From: TPA_inf: Saccharomyces
Taxonomy: Eukaryota
Reading direction: 5' to 3'
NCBI GenBank assembly: GCA_000146045.2
Contig: BK006943.2
Location: forward strand, 352,001 to 416,000
Length of the DNA stretch: 64,000 bases
The translations under genes and the position numbers were made by a program. The notes under the pieces were generated by a model. It made no database searches. It was not told the DNA's origin and saw nothing but the letters and a program-made list of their open reading frames with translations. The number at the start of each line of letters is the position of its first letter. Position 1 is the stretch's first letter. Below, piece by piece: positions 26,825-39,115 of the stretch.

Positions 26825-28096
26825 ATGACAGACAAAGGCAAGAACGATTTAACAAGCAAAGCTAAGGACAAAGCCAGAGGCAACCCCGAGAAGCCACCAT
26901 ATTGGTTTGAAATCATTGTTTCTGATCCACAAAAAAGAACTGGTGACCCAGGCTCTTCATCTGGCTACGTGAGTTATCAGATATCAACAAAGACTAACAA
27001 CACGTCATTTTATGATAATCGTGGCGATCCAGAATCTATTATAGTTGTACATAGAAGATACAGTGACCTATTGCTCCTGCATGATATTTTACTCAACAGG
27101 TTCCCCACCTGCATCATCCCGCCATTACCTGATAAGAAAGTTTTTCAATACATAGCAGGCGATAGGTTTAGCCAAAGATTTACACAAAAGAGATGTCATA
27201 GTTTGCAAAATTTCCTAAGAAGGGTCTCTTTGCATCCCGATCTTTCTCAATCAAAAGTCTTCAAAACTTTTTTGGTGAGTAAAGATTGGGAATCTCACCG
27301 CAAAGTCCTCCAGGATAGCTTGCAACCAAATAAAGATGAAGTTACTGATGCTTTTATGAATGCCTTCAAAACAGTTCACAAGCAAAACGAAGAATTCACT
27401 GAGATAAGGGAGAAAAGTGATAAACTAGATCGGACTGTGACAAAGATAGATAAACTTTTTCATAAGGTTGTGAAAAAAAATGATTCGATGTCTGAAGACT
27501 ATACAAAGTTGGGCAGTAATTTACAGGAATTACAAGAATTGGTCACAGGCGAAAACGAGGAACTTGCTGCGAAGTTGAAGATTTTTAATGAAGGTGTAAC
27601 ACAGCTGTCATATGGCTTGCAAGATCTTACAAAGTATCTGGATTACGAATATATTGTTGATTTGAAGGATCTTGAACACTACATTGATAGTATGCGACAG
27701 CTGATCAAATTGAAAGACCAGAAACAGATAGACTACGAAGAACTAAGTGATTATTTAACCAGGTCAATCAAAGAAAAAAATAACTTGATTTCTGGATACG
27801 GAGGTAGTAATTTCTTTGCCAATAAATTGGAAGAACTAGCGGGAATAAATCAGGAGGCTTCACGTAGAGAAAAAATCAATAAACTAGAAGGCAAAATAAC
27901 GTCATTAACAGGTGAATTAGAAAACGCTAAAAAGGTGGCGGATGGATTCGAACAGGAATGCTTGAAGGAAATAGACCATTTCGAAAGTGTAAAAACGGCT
28001 GAAATCAAGAAATCTCTGGGCTCACTAGCGGACCATCATATCGAATTCTACGAAAGGATACTTGAAGCATGGGAAAAAGTAGACGATAGTCTATAG
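26825..28096 (+). CDS. SNX4: Sorting nexin SNX4 (PX domain plus BAR-like coiled coil), 423 aa
   Basis: 423-aa ORF with PX-domain features (RRYSDLLLLHDIL...PPLPDKK). Confidence 0.9.
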   Translation: MTDKGKNDLTSKAKDKARGNPEKPPYWFEIIVSDPQKRTGDPGSSSGYVSYQISTKTNNTSFYDNRGDPESIIVVHRRYSDLLLLHDILLNRFPTCIIPPLPDKKVFQYIAGDRFSQRFTQKRCHSLQNFLRRVSLHPDLSQSKVFKTFLVSKDWESHRKVLQDSLQPNKDEVTDAFMNAFKTVHKQNEEFTEIREKSDKLDRTVTKIDKLFHKVVKKNDSMSEDYTKLGSNLQELQELVTGENEELAAKLKIFNEGVTQLSYGLQDLTKYLDYEYIVDLKDLEHYIDSMRQLIKLKDQKQIDYEELSDYLTRSIKEKNNLISGYGGSNFFANKLEELAGINQEASRREKINKLEGKITSLTGELENAKKVADGFEQECLKEIDHFESVKTAEIKKSLGSLADHHIEFYERILEAWEKVDDSL

Positions 28097-28248
28097 TGGT
28101 GCTCTTAATGTTTTCCCATTACTACTGATAATACCTTGGGCACTACGATTATCTGATCACATTTAACAGAGAAATTTAAAAAAAGAAAAATATCTATATA
28201 AAAATATGTAAATGTTGCTATTATTTTATGATGTTCTGATTTTTTTCG

Positions 28249-29013
<765 letters not shown>

Positions 29014-29121
29014 CTAGTTTTTACCGCAGCCACCAGCCGCTTCTCGAGCAAAGTGTAGATCCCATTAGGACTCATCATTCATCTAATTTTGCTATGTTAG
29101 CTGCAACTTTCTATTTTAATA

Positions 29122-29139
29122 GAACCTTCTGGAAATTTC
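29122..29139 (+). promoter_or_regulatory. Heat shock element in KAR2 promoter (GAAccTTCtgGAAatTTC)
   Basis: Four alternating nGAAn/nTTCn units read directly, about 190 bp upstream of the KAR2 ATG. Confidence 0.7.
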
Positions 29140-29157
29140 ACCCGGCGCGGCACCCGA

Positions 29158-29179
29158 GGAACTGGACAGCGTGTCGAAA
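29158..29179 (+). promoter_or_regulatory. KAR2 unfolded-protein-response element (22-bp UPRE GGAACTGGACAGCGTGTCGAAA, core CAGCGTG, the Hac1 site)
   Basis: Exact match to the classic KAR2 UPRE. TATA-like TATATAAAG follows at about 29194. Confidence 0.85.
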
Positions 29180-29326
29180 AAGTTGCTTTTTTATATAAAG
29201 GACACGAAAAGGGTTCTCTGGAAGATATAAATATGGCTATGTAATTCTAAAGATTAACGTGTTACTGTTTTACTTTTTTAAAGTCCCCAAGAGTAGTCTC
29301 AAGGGAAAAAGCGTATCAAACATACC

Positions 29327-31375
29327 ATGTTTTTCAACAGACTAAGCGCTGGCAAGCTGCTGGTACCACTCTCCGTGGTCCTGTACGCCCTTTTCGTGGT
29401 AATATTACCTTTACAGAATTCTTTCCACTCCTCCAATGTTTTAGTTAGAGGTGCCGATGATGTAGAAAACTACGGAACTGTTATCGGTATTGACTTAGGT
29501 ACTACTTATTCCTGTGTTGCTGTGATGAAAAATGGTAAGACTGAAATTCTTGCTAATGAGCAAGGTAACAGAATCACCCCATCTTACGTGGCATTCACCG
29601 ATGATGAAAGATTGATTGGTGATGCTGCAAAGAACCAAGTTGCTGCCAATCCTCAAAACACCATCTTCGACATTAAGAGATTGATCGGTTTGAAATATAA
29701 CGACAGATCTGTTCAGAAGGATATCAAGCACTTGCCATTTAATGTGGTTAATAAAGATGGGAAGCCCGCTGTAGAAGTAAGTGTCAAAGGAGAAAAGAAG
29801 GTTTTTACTCCAGAAGAAATTTCTGGTATGATCTTGGGTAAGATGAAACAAATTGCCGAAGATTATTTAGGCACTAAGGTTACCCATGCTGTCGTTACTG
29901 TTCCTGCTTATTTCAATGACGCGCAAAGACAAGCCACCAAGGATGCTGGTACCATCGCTGGTTTGAACGTTTTGAGAATTGTTAATGAACCAACCGCAGC
30001 CGCCATTGCCTACGGTTTGGATAAATCTGATAAGGAACATCAAATTATTGTTTATGATTTGGGTGGTGGTACTTTCGATGTCTCTCTATTGTCTATTGAA
30101 AACGGTGTTTTCGAAGTCCAAGCCACTTCTGGTGATACTCATTTAGGTGGTGAAGATTTTGACTATAAGATCGTTCGTCAATTGATAAAAGCTTTCAAGA
30201 AGAAGCATGGTATTGATGTGTCTGACAACAACAAGGCCCTAGCTAAATTGAAGAGAGAAGCTGAAAAGGCTAAACGTGCCTTGTCCAGCCAAATGTCCAC
30301 CCGTATTGAAATTGACTCCTTCGTTGATGGTATCGACTTAAGTGAAACCTTGACCAGAGCTAAGTTTGAGGAATTAAACCTAGATCTATTCAAGAAGACC
30401 TTGAAGCCTGTCGAGAAGGTTTTGCAAGATTCTGGTTTGGAAAAGAAGGATGTTGATGATATCGTTTTGGTTGGTGGTTCTACTAGAATTCCAAAGGTCC
30501 AACAATTGTTAGAATCATACTTTGATGGTAAGAAGGCCTCCAAGGGTATTAACCCAGATGAAGCTGTTGCATACGGTGCAGCCGTTCAAGCTGGTGTCTT
30601 ATCCGGTGAAGAAGGTGTCGAAGATATTGTTTTATTGGATGTCAACGCTTTGACTCTTGGTATTGAAACCACTGGTGGTGTCATGACTCCATTAATTAAG
30701 AGAAATACTGCTATTCCTACAAAGAAATCCCAAATTTTCTCTACTGCCGTTGACAACCAACCAACCGTTATGATCAAGGTATACGAGGGTGAAAGAGCCA
30801 TGTCTAAGGACAACAATCTATTAGGTAAGTTTGAATTAACCGGCATTCCACCAGCACCAAGAGGTGTACCTCAAATTGAAGTCACATTTGCACTTGACGC
30901 TAATGGTATTCTGAAGGTGTCTGCCACAGATAAGGGAACTGGTAAATCCGAATCTATCACCATCACTAACGATAAAGGTAGATTAACCCAAGAAGAGATT
31001 GATAGAATGGTTGAAGAGGCTGAAAAATTCGCTTCTGAAGACGCTTCTATCAAGGCCAAGGTTGAATCTAGAAACAAATTAGAAAACTACGCTCACTCTT
31101 TGAAAAACCAAGTTAATGGTGACCTAGGTGAAAAATTGGAAGAAGAAGACAAGGAAACCTTATTAGATGCTGCTAACGATGTTTTAGAATGGTTAGATGA
31201 TAACTTTGAAACCGCCATTGCTGAAGACTTTGATGAAAAGTTCGAATCTTTGTCCAAGGTCGCTTATCCAATTACTTCTAAGTTGTACGGAGGTGCTGAT
31301 GGTTCTGGTGCCGCTGATTATGACGACGAAGATGAAGATGACGATGGTGATTATTTCGAACACGACGAATTGTAG
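29327..31375 (+). CDS. KAR2: ER lumenal Hsp70 chaperone BiP, 682 aa, C-terminal HDEL
   Basis: Hsp70 signatures ([16 protein letters not shown]), N-terminal signal peptide, C-terminal FEHDEL. Confidence 0.95.
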   Translation: MFFNRLSAGKLLVPLSVVLYALFVVILPLQNSFHSSNVLVRGADDVENYGTVIGIDLGTTYSCVAVMKNGKTEILANEQGNRITPSYVAFTDDERLIGDAAKNQVAANPQNTIFDIKRLIGLKYNDRSVQKDIKHLPFNVVNKDGKPAVEVSVKGEKKVFTPEEISGMILGKMKQIAEDYLGTKVTHAVVTVPAYFNDAQRQATKDAGTIAGLNVLRIVNEPTAAAIAYGLDKSDKEHQIIVYDLGGGTFDVSLLSIENGVFEVQATSGDTHLGGEDFDYKIVRQLIKAFKKKHGIDVSDNNKALAKLKREAEKAKRALSSQMSTRIEIDSFVDGIDLSETLTRAKFEELNLDLFKKTLKPVEKVLQDSGLEKKDVDDIVLVGGSTRIPKVQQLLESYFDGKKASKGINPDEAVAYGAAVQAGVLSGEEGVEDIVLLDVNALTLGIETTGGVMTPLIKRNTAIPTKKSQIFSTAVDNQPTVMIKVYEGERAMSKDNNLLGKFELTGIPPAPRGVPQIEVTFALDANGILKVSATDKGTGKSESITITNDKGRLTQEEIDRMVEEAEKFASEDASIKAKVESRNKLENYAHSLKNQVNGDLGEKLEEEDKETLLDAANDVLEWLDDNFETAIAEDFDEKFESLSKVAYPITSKLYGGADGSGAADYDDEDEDDDGDYFEHDEL

Positions 31376-31740
31376 ATAAAATAGTTAAAAATTTTTGCTG
31401 CTGGAAGCTTCAAGGTTGTTAATTTATTGACTTGCATAGAATATCTACATTTCTTCTAAAAATACATGCATAGCTAATTCAAACTTCGAGCTTCATACAA
31501 TTTTCGAGGAGATTATACTGAGTATATACGTAAATATATGCATTATATGTTATAAAATTAGAAAGATATAGAAATTTCATTGAAGAGTATAGAGACTGGG
31601 GTTAAGGTACTCAGTAACAGTGTCATCAATATGCTAATTTTGCGTATTACTTAGCTCTATTGCGCAAATGCAATTTTTTCTTACCCTGATAATGCTTTAT
31701 TTCCCGTTCCGAAAATTTTTCACTGAAAAAAAAGTGCTTA

Positions 31741-31764
31741 AGCTCATCTCATCTCATCTCATCC
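31741..31764 (+). promoter_or_regulatory. PAC-like element (AGCTCATCTCATCTC...) plus adjacent RRPE (AAAATTTTT at 31712..31720) in HCA4 promoter
   Basis: Ribosome-biogenesis regulon motifs read directly upstream of a DEAD-box rRNA-processing helicase gene. Confidence 0.55.
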
Positions 31765-31836
31765 CATCACTATTGAAATATTTTGCTAAAACATTATAAC
31801 AGAGAGAGTTGAAAGGCTCGAGAACCTAATACTGAA

Positions 31837-34149
31837 ATGGCCAAAAAAAATAGATTGAACACAACTCAAAGAAAGACTTTACGTCAAAAGGAAGATGAGT
31901 ACATCGAAAACTTGAAAACCAAAATTGATGAGTATGACCCTAAGATAACCAAGGCCAAGTTTTTCAAAGATCTCCCCATTAGCGATCCCACATTAAAAGG
32001 TTTAAGAGAATCATCCTTTATAAAACTTACTGAGATCCAAGCCGATTCTATTCCCGTGTCCCTGCAAGGTCATGATGTATTGGCGGCCGCAAAGACAGGT
32101 TCCGGTAAGACATTAGCATTTTTAGTTCCAGTAATTGAAAAGCTATACCGCGAAAAATGGACCGAATTCGATGGGTTAGGTGCCCTTATCATATCTCCAA
32201 CAAGAGAGTTGGCTATGCAAATATATGAGGTTTTGACGAAAATAGGTAGTCACACTTCATTTTCAGCTGGGTTAGTTATCGGTGGTAAAGATGTTAAATT
32301 CGAACTAGAAAGGATATCAAGGATTAACATTCTTATCGGTACACCTGGTCGTATTTTACAACATTTAGATCAAGCCGTAGGTCTAAATACTTCCAATTTG
32401 CAGATGCTTGTTCTTGACGAAGCTGATAGATGTTTAGACATGGGGTTTAAAAAAACTCTGGATGCCATCGTAAGCACATTGTCACCATCTAGACAAACAC
32501 TTTTATTTTCAGCGACTCAATCACAATCTGTTGCAGACTTGGCTAGGCTTTCCTTGACAGATTATAAAACCGTTGGTACACATGATGTGATGGATGGGTC
32601 GGTTAACAAAGAAGCATCTACTCCAGAAACTTTGCAACAATTCTACATTGAAGTTCCTTTGGCAGATAAATTGGATATCCTTTTCAGTTTTATAAAATCA
32701 CATTTAAAATGCAAAATGATCGTTTTCTTATCAAGTTCCAAACAAGTGCATTTTGTCTATGAGACATTTAGGAAGATGCAGCCTGGTATTTCTTTAATGC
32801 ATTTACACGGTAGACAGAAACAACGTGCTAGGACAGAAACTTTGGACAAATTCAATCGTGCTCAACAGGTGTGTCTTTTTGCTACCGATGTCGTTGCTAG
32901 AGGTATTGACTTTCCTGCAGTCGATTGGGTTGTTCAAGTGGATTGTCCAGAGGACGTTGATACATATATCCACAGAGTCGGTAGATGTGCTCGTTACGGT
33001 AAAAAGGGTAAATCTTTAATCATGTTGACTCCACAAGAGCAGGAAGCGTTCCTAAAAAGACTTAACGCTAGAAAGATCGAACCAGGCAAACTTAATATAA
33101 AACAGTCAAAAAAGAAATCCATTAAACCACAATTGCAGTCATTATTATTCAAGGATCCAGAACTAAAATATCTAGGACAAAAGGCTTTTATATCGTACGT
33201 GAGATCTATATATGTGCAAAAGGACAAACAAGTTTTCAAATTCGATGAGTTACCAACAGAAGAATTCGCTTATTCTCTTGGTTTACCAGGGGCCCCAAAA
33301 ATCAAAATGAAGGGTATGAAGACCATTGAGCAGGCCAAAGAAAGAAAGAATGCTCCAAGACAGCTAGCTTTCTTATCAAAAGCAAATGAAGATGGTGAAG
33401 TAATTGAAGATAAGTCGAAACAACCAAGAACAAAATATGATAAAATGTTTGAACGTAAAAATCAAACCATCTTAAGTGAACACTATTTGAATATAACGAA
33501 GGCTCAAGCACAAGAAGACGAGGATGACGATTTCATTTCTGTCAAGCGTAAAGATCATGAAATAAATGAAGCTGAGTTACCAGCTCTAACTCTTCCAACT
33601 TCAAGGCGAGCACAGAAGAAAGCGCTTTCAAAGAAGGCATCTCTGGCCTCCAAGGGTAACGCTAGCAAATTAATATTTGATGATGAAGGCGAAGCCCATC
33701 CAGTTTATGAACTTGAAGATGAAGAAGAATTTCATAAGAGAGGTGATGCGGAGGTACAAAAGACAGAATTTTTAACTAAAGAATCTGCAGTAATGGCAGA
33801 CATTGACAATATTGATAAGCAGGTGGCTAAAGAAAAAAAACAAGAGAAGAAGAGAAAAAGACTAGAAGCCATGAGAAGGGAAATGGAGGCTGCTATGGAA
33901 GAAGAAATTTCTGGAGATGAAGAAGAAGGGAAGACAGTAGCATATTTAGGAACAGGAAACTTGAGCGATGATATGAGCGACGGTGATATGCCTGACTCGG
34001 AAGGCCACTTGAAAAAGAAAGCTAGAACTGTTGACTATTCCCACGGCCACAATCCATCCAATTCAGTTGATGATGACATTATTGAAGTGGAAGAACCACA
34101 AACTTTGGAGGATTTGGAATCTTTGACAGCTAAATTAATCCAGGGTTAA
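31837..34149 (+). CDS. HCA4: DEAD-box RNA helicase HCA4 (DBP4), 770 aa
   Basis: Motifs [30 protein letters not shown] in the translation. Confidence 0.9.
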   Translation: MAKKNRLNTTQRKTLRQKEDEYIENLKTKIDEYDPKITKAKFFKDLPISDPTLKGLRESSFIKLTEIQADSIPVSLQGHDVLAAAKTGSGKTLAFLVPVIEKLYREKWTEFDGLGALIISPTRELAMQIYEVLTKIGSHTSFSAGLVIGGKDVKFELERISRINILIGTPGRILQHLDQAVGLNTSNLQMLVLDEADRCLDMGFKKTLDAIVSTLSPSRQTLLFSATQSQSVADLARLSLTDYKTVGTHDVMDGSVNKEASTPETLQQFYIEVPLADKLDILFSFIKSHLKCKMIVFLSSSKQVHFVYETFRKMQPGISLMHLHGRQKQRARTETLDKFNRAQQVCLFATDVVARGIDFPAVDWVVQVDCPEDVDTYIHRVGRCARYGKKGKSLIMLTPQEQEAFLKRLNARKIEPGKLNIKQSKKKSIKPQLQSLLFKDPELKYLGQKAFISYVRSIYVQKDKQVFKFDELPTEEFAYSLGLPGAPKIKMKGMKTIEQAKERKNAPRQLAFLSKANEDGEVIEDKSKQPRTKYDKMFERKNQTILSEHYLNITKAQAQEDEDDDFISVKRKDHEINEAELPALTLPTSRRAQKKALSKKASLASKGNASKLIFDDEGEAHPVYELEDEEEFHKRGDAEVQKTEFLTKESAVMADIDNIDKQVAKEKKQEKKRKRLEAMRREMEAAMEEEISGDEEEGKTVAYLGTGNLSDDMSDGDMPDSEGHLKKKARTVDYSHGHNPSNSVDDDIIEVEEPQTLEDLESLTAKLIQG

Positions 34150-34367
34150 ACCCTCCTGCATAGTCTAACCTATAGTATTTAGAACTTGTATACATCTATT
34201 CTCTACACTAATATACTTATTTCTTTGTTCAAATCATCGGTAATATTACAATAAAAGAAAAATATGCATATACTTTCGTGCATTGAAGGTGTCAAATGAA
34301 ATCCCGCTTATAGTGAACAGGCTTCCATCATATATACATATATATATATGTTTATATATGTATATCA

Positions 34368-35348
34368 TCACTTATGCTGCTCCAGGAGATGTAGGTATCT
34401 ATTCTTTCTTAACGGATCCGCATCTATTAATTGGACCAAATATTGTTCCGAGCTTCTTTCCGTTAGAGCTTCCTTTTCTTCCAGAATATCTTCGAGAACT
34501 AATAAAATTTTCAAGCACCAAATATTTTGCTTCCCGGAAAATTCAATTTCGTCATTATTTATTAACAGAATGTTTTCTCTCAAGTCTTTCAACATTTTAA
34601 GGTACTCTTGTTCGTCCAGAGTTTTACAAACAATGTCGTTTTTAATGAACCACTTGATATAAAACCATACGGATTGGTCTTCGGCGTCGGTAAACATAGC
34701 GTTGATGATATAAGATATTTCAGTCCGAATATACTCCTTTTGATTCCCAACCTCTCCTTTCTGAAACATTCTGCTTATGATCTGTACTCTTTGGTGCCAT
34801 GCAGAATAATTTGAAATGTTATTGTTAATCTTTATTGTTGTGTATTCAAACTCCTCCTTGTCAAGACTTTTATTAGTGATACTCTCTATGTTACCAACAA
34901 CTATTCTGCGGTAATGCCATCCGTGGTAATTTCTTGCATCTTGTTCCAATAACTTATTCACGACAGCAAGTTCAGTTTGCCACACTTTAGGGGAACTCGT
35001 AGGATAATGTTTCAAGACCCAAAGTCTGTGATTCCATATCCAATAGACTTTGGGGTAATCCTTCAATAGCATCATTACAAAAACTAACTCTTTATCCCAG
35101 AAAGGTATTTCCAACTCAGAAGCCAAACTCGCTATAATATCCCTTCTGTAATTCCAAATAGCATTAAATTCCGGATTTTTCTCAAGAAGTTCTGATGTTT
35201 TCTTCAGAGCTTCAATTGAGTAAATTTTTTCATCTCTCATATTCAAAACATTTTCAGTCAAGCTTCTATAATCATATATTTTCTTTTCGTCTTGAACTCT
35301 CTTTTGTCTCAGTAATTCCTTGGTCCACTGTTTCCTTTTAATGCCATG
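34368..35348 (-). CDS. BET4: Rab geranylgeranyltransferase alpha subunit BET4. Coordinates run from the first in-frame ATG at 35348 (M A F K R K Q W..., 326 aa). A possible ATG-only micro-exon at 35436..35438 followed by GTATGT is described in the findings.
   Basis: Prenyltransferase alpha repeats (WNYRR, WHYRR, AWHQR). The track ORF starts at a TTG; I extended it upstream in frame to ATGGCATTTAAAAGG. Confidence 0.75.
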   Translation of the reverse strand, partial: HGIKRKQWTKELLRQKRVQDEKKIYDYRSLTENVLNMRDEKIYSIEALKKTSELLEKNPEFNAIWNYRRDIIASLASELEIPFWDKELVFVMMLLKDYPKVYWIWNHRLWVLKHYPTSSPKVWQTELAVVNKLLEQDARNYHGWHYRRIVVGNIESITNKSLDKEEFEYTTIKINNNISNYSAWHQRVQIISRMFQKGEVGNQKEYIRTEISYIINAMFTDAEDQSVWFYIKWFIKNDIVCKTLDEQEYLKMLKDLRENILLINNDEIEFSGKQNIWCLKILLVLEDILEEKEALTERSSEQYLVQLIDADPLRKNRYLHLLEQHK

Positions 35349-35656
35349 CTGTTTAATGTGGCAAATATAAAAAATTGCTTGGTAGTCAGTAAAAAAAAGA
35401 ATTCATAATGTAACGAACATTTGAAGTGCACATACCATTGCTGACCTACTGCTTTATAGTATAAATTCAGTATACTAGGTATATGTGGCTCAAAAATGTG
35501 GTTTTTTTCTTTTTTGCCTTTAATTTTTTTCAAATGTTTACGTATGGTTTATGATTTAACATTTCAAGAATAGAAATCGCCCCGAAGAATGATTGATGTT
35601 AAATACTCGTACAAGAGTATTGAAAACCACTTCAAAGGGGCCCAATAGCACATTTA

Positions 35657-36247
35657 ATGTCACAATCAATATCACTAAAGGGTTCAACAAGGACAGTTAC
35701 AGAATTTTTCGAGTACAGCATTAATTCCATTTTGTACCAAAGAGGCGTATACCCAGCAGAAGATTTCGTAACGGTGAAAAAGTACGATCTTACGTTACTA
35801 AAGACACATGATGATGAACTGAAAGATTACATTCGGAAAATTCTTCTACAAGTTCACAGGTGGCTTCTTGGTGGAAAATGCAATCAATTAGTATTATGTA
35901 TTGTAGACAAGGATGAGGGAGAGGTGGTGGAAAGATGGTCCTTCAATGTGCAACACATTTCTGGCAATAGCAACGGGCAGGATGATGTTGTAGATTTAAA
36001 TACAACACAATCACAAATCAGAGCTTTAATCAGGCAAATCACCTCAAGCGTTACCTTTCTGCCCGAACTAACAAAAGAAGGTGGGTACACATTCACAGTA
36101 CTTGCATATACAGACGCGGATGCTAAAGTTCCGTTAGAATGGGCCGACTCCAATAGTAAAGAGATACCTGATGGTGAAGTAGTTCAATTCAAAACATTCT
36201 CTACCAACGATCATAAAGTTGGTGCGCAGGTCAGCTATAAATATTAA
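35657..36247 (+). CDS. MAD2: Spindle assembly checkpoint protein MAD2 (HORMA domain), 196 aa
   Basis: MSQSISLKGSTRTVTEFFEYSINSILYQRGVYP... HORMA-domain N-terminus. Confidence 0.95.
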   Translation: MSQSISLKGSTRTVTEFFEYSINSILYQRGVYPAEDFVTVKKYDLTLLKTHDDELKDYIRKILLQVHRWLLGGKCNQLVLCIVDKDEGEVVERWSFNVQHISGNSNGQDDVVDLNTTQSQIRALIRQITSSVTFLPELTKEGGYTFTVLAYTDADAKVPLEWADSNSKEIPDGEVVQFKTFSTNDHKVGAQVSYKY

Positions 36248-36384
36248 TAGAATTCAAGTCAAAAAAAAAAAAAAAGACGGAAGTCCAAAAAAATCTCGTT
36301 TTCGATGTTTAGAAAGAATATAGATTTATGAACTATATTATACTATACTACGTACTTCCTCTGTAAACCACTTCATGCGTTTTT

Positions 36385-38853
36385 TCAAGTGCCTCTGTTA
36401 AAGAACCTTGAGTGAGAAACGAAGTCTTTGACACTCAAACTTTGCTTTTTTTGTTCTTCTTTTTGTTGTTGTATTTGAGGGGTGGATACTATCCTCTTCA
36501 TAACAGGTGGTGATATTTTCAGATCTTGCCTCACAAATTTTGACCAATTCGGATCTTGCATCCTTGCCAAGTTGTTTTCAAATTGACCCAAAAGTACCTT
36601 GTCCCACTTGAATATGAAAAGATCGCGATTACTGTCTGGCCTGCTGCCCTCGTCAGTGTCGTCTGTTTCTAAGTTGTAGGCACTCCATAGCTTTTTCCAT
36701 AATGCCAGGTCCCATGGAATGCCCTTTAAAGCGAGGACAAAAGACCATACCGCTGAATCAGGGTTATTATTGGTCAATTTGGAGTAGGTCTCGTAATAGT
36801 CATCAGCGGAATCCAGAGGAGCCATTAGAAGTTTAATAAACTTCAGCAGCTGGTCTATATTATTGTCTGCATGTCTTTTCACCCTCTTATAAGAGGTATT
36901 TTCTCGCAAGTCAGAATCGTTACTTACACTTTCTGGTAAAGTGTGAAAAATCTCCTTCAGCAATTCTAAATCAAGGAGAAGCTGCTCGCCAATGTTGACA
37001 ACAGTTCTGGTTTCAAATTTCCTTTTGCTGCCCGCCAGGGAAAAGGGTGGAACGGGCTGCAGAAGGCGGATGGTATTGCTTACAAAATTTGTAGTGATGA
37101 TATCAATCACCTTATCCAAGAAATTCCACTTATAAACATCTCTATTGAATTGCGACAAAATAAATGCCAAAGTCGAAGGTTGCTCTTGCTGTTGTTTAAT
37201 AGAGGCATCTGTTAATGCGGGCATTTTAAGTACGGATTTGAGGGTTACCATGTACCTGCTATAATCTTCTATCGCAGCATTTGACCAATCATTGTTGATA
37301 AACTCTCTCCATACAAAATTTAGATCTAAGGGTATGACACGGTTTAATAGAAAAGAAGTTCCTTTTGCTAGTAAATCGTCGTATATATTTTTCGTTTTCG
37401 TAAAACTGTTTGCCAGCTTTTCACGATTACCGCTGAATTCAGATAATTTATCCTCCAATTGATCTATAGTCGTGGCACAATAATCTGCAGTATTGATCAA
37501 TAAAACGGTATACTTGGCAGCTTCTAGCTTATCCTGGACTTCAATATTGTCGGGCAGCAGTAAAGGAAGAAGAATTTTTTGTGAGTAAGTTTGAAGCCAT
37601 CTACTGAAAAAATTTGCCAATGAAGTCAATATGCTATCATTGGCATTATTATCAATGAGCTCTAAGGTCTGAGTCAGTACGGAACGATATGTCCTGAAAA
37701 GGTCTGCACTCGAGGGTAACACGAGAGATTCTGTTTCATTAGATGGGTACTTCGGCTCACTCATATAAGAAAGAAATTTCTTTTCCATCATTTGGTTTTG
37801 GTGAGACACCCATAAAGTCAAATAAGGTTCGAAGCAGGAACTTAGTTTTGGTTCCTTAATTTTTTTTGAAAATCGTACGTCGATGTATTTTTCGAAATCT
37901 AGCGTCGATTGTAATGCTGTCATGAATAGATCAATGGAAGGGTTCTTGTCTTTGAATTCCCTTTTCAGAAGTGTCTGAAGGTCCTTGTGTGTAATGTGAT
38001 AAAAAGTGGTGGTCAATCTGACTGCCATTTCCCAGTCTTTTAAGAAATAGTCTGCGAACTTTGAATTGAAGTTATTAAGAATTTTTTTGAAGTAAATGTA
38101 TCTTCTCGATAAATTTTCTAGGGATCCGGCTTCATCGTCGACCCTAAATATCTCTTTCATTTCGAAGAGAAGTTTGTCCAAACACCAATCTATCATCTGG
38201 GCTCTCGTACTTGTATCGCAGTCGAGTAGCTCGCAGGCACCTTCGCGCAATTCCATAGTGAGTGCTGTATCATGCTCTGAGATATTGCCGCCGGAAAAGA
38301 GCGCATTGTAGTTTTGTTTAATTTTGGACAAAGTGTCTCCTTTCAGTCTTGAAATGGAGCTCAACAAATAGTTTATCTCGTCCAATGATTTGTAAGAGAT
38401 GAATGTGTTTTCAGCAAGCGAACACATTATCTTATAAGGGGACACCATTTTTTTGAATGAGCCCTGTGAGAGTAATTCATTGCATTGTATGTAACTGTCT
38501 GTCAATATCTTTAAATTTTGGAAAAGAGTCAAAGAGTGGGTGAGGTTTTTCTTGGCAATGTCCAGGTACGAGATACCTTCTGTCAGATTCGATATCGTCA
38601 ACTCGGTGGAGGCTGAGACATCTTGAGTTTCTTTGAAATCTTGGAAAACTTTCCTCAGAGAAGCCTCTATTTCAGCGGAATTTTTAGGGTGTTCCTTCAA
38701 TTCATTCTCTTCTTTGAGAATATCCTCTTGCAATTGCTTTTTGTAGCTTCTGGTAATACTGATCAGTTCATCTATGTTGTTCAGGGATTCTTTTGAAAAA
38801 AGTATATTGGTAATATCTTCCAGCGGGTCATAATCTACCGTACCTTCCAGCAT
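36385..38853 (-). CDS. VPS53: GARP complex subunit VPS53, 822 aa
   Basis: 822-aa minus-strand ORF at the expected position; coiled-coil N-terminus. Confidence 0.85.
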   Translation of the reverse strand: MLEGTVDYDPLEDITNILFSKESLNNIDELISITRSYKKQLQEDILKEENELKEHPKNSAEIEASLRKVFQDFKETQDVSASTELTISNLTEGISYLDIAKKNLTHSLTLFQNLKILTDSYIQCNELLSQGSFKKMVSPYKIMCSLAENTFISYKSLDEINYLLSSISRLKGDTLSKIKQNYNALFSGGNISEHDTALTMELREGACELLDCDTSTRAQMIDWCLDKLLFEMKEIFRVDDEAGSLENLSRRYIYFKKILNNFNSKFADYFLKDWEMAVRLTTTFYHITHKDLQTLLKREFKDKNPSIDLFMTALQSTLDFEKYIDVRFSKKIKEPKLSSCFEPYLTLWVSHQNQMMEKKFLSYMSEPKYPSNETESLVLPSSADLFRTYRSVLTQTLELIDNNANDSILTSLANFFSRWLQTYSQKILLPLLLPDNIEVQDKLEAAKYTVLLINTADYCATTIDQLEDKLSEFSGNREKLANSFTKTKNIYDDLLAKGTSFLLNRVIPLDLNFVWREFINNDWSNAAIEDYSRYMVTLKSVLKMPALTDASIKQQQEQPSTLAFILSQFNRDVYKWNFLDKVIDIITTNFVSNTIRLLQPVPPFSLAGSKRKFETRTVVNIGEQLLLDLELLKEIFHTLPESVSNDSDLRENTSYKRVKRHADNNIDQLLKFIKLLMAPLDSADDYYETYSKLTNNNPDSAVWSFVLALKGIPWDLALWKKLWSAYNLETDDTDEGSRPDSNRDLFIFKWDKVLLGQFENNLARMQDPNWSKFVRQDLKISPPVMKRIVSTPQIQQQKEEQKKQSLSVKDFVSHSRFFNRGT

Positions 38854-39042
38854 TGTCCTTCTGAGAAAACAAAAATGGAAGATGTTGTGAAAATGCAGTA
38901 AGTGACAATAAGCTAGCGACTTTTCAATGATCGCAGATTAAGTATATATACACTTTAGGTCTCCTTCTCTTCTTTACTAGCTACGAAAAAACAAAGAAAA
39001 AAAAAACAAAATAGAGGGAAAAAAGATATACGTATAAAAATA

Positions 39043-39115
39043 TGCTCCAGGGGAGGTTCGAACTCTCGACCTTCAGATTATGAGACTGACGCTCTTCCTA
39101 CTGAGCTACTGAAGC
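39043..39115 (-). tRNA. tM(CAU): Elongator tRNA-Met (CAU)
   Basis: Reverse complement reads GCTTCAGTAGCTCAGTAGGAAGAGCGTCAGTCTCATAATCTGAAGGTCGAGAGTTCGAACCTCCCCTGGAGCA. Confidence 0.95.

Noticed and set aside
34283-34662. Plus-strand ORFs of 105 and 104 aa overlapping the 3-prime part of BET4 (YJL032W-like)
   Set aside because: Low-complexity hydrophobic translation antisense to a conserved gene; a typical dubious ORF.
35349-35438. Calling BET4 as a two-exon CDS starting at the upstream ATG
   Set aside because: With the well-spaced AG acceptor the upstream ATG is out of frame. The only in-frame acceptor is 8 nt from the sole branch-like sequence. So I kept the CDS start at 35348 and reported the ambiguity as a finding.
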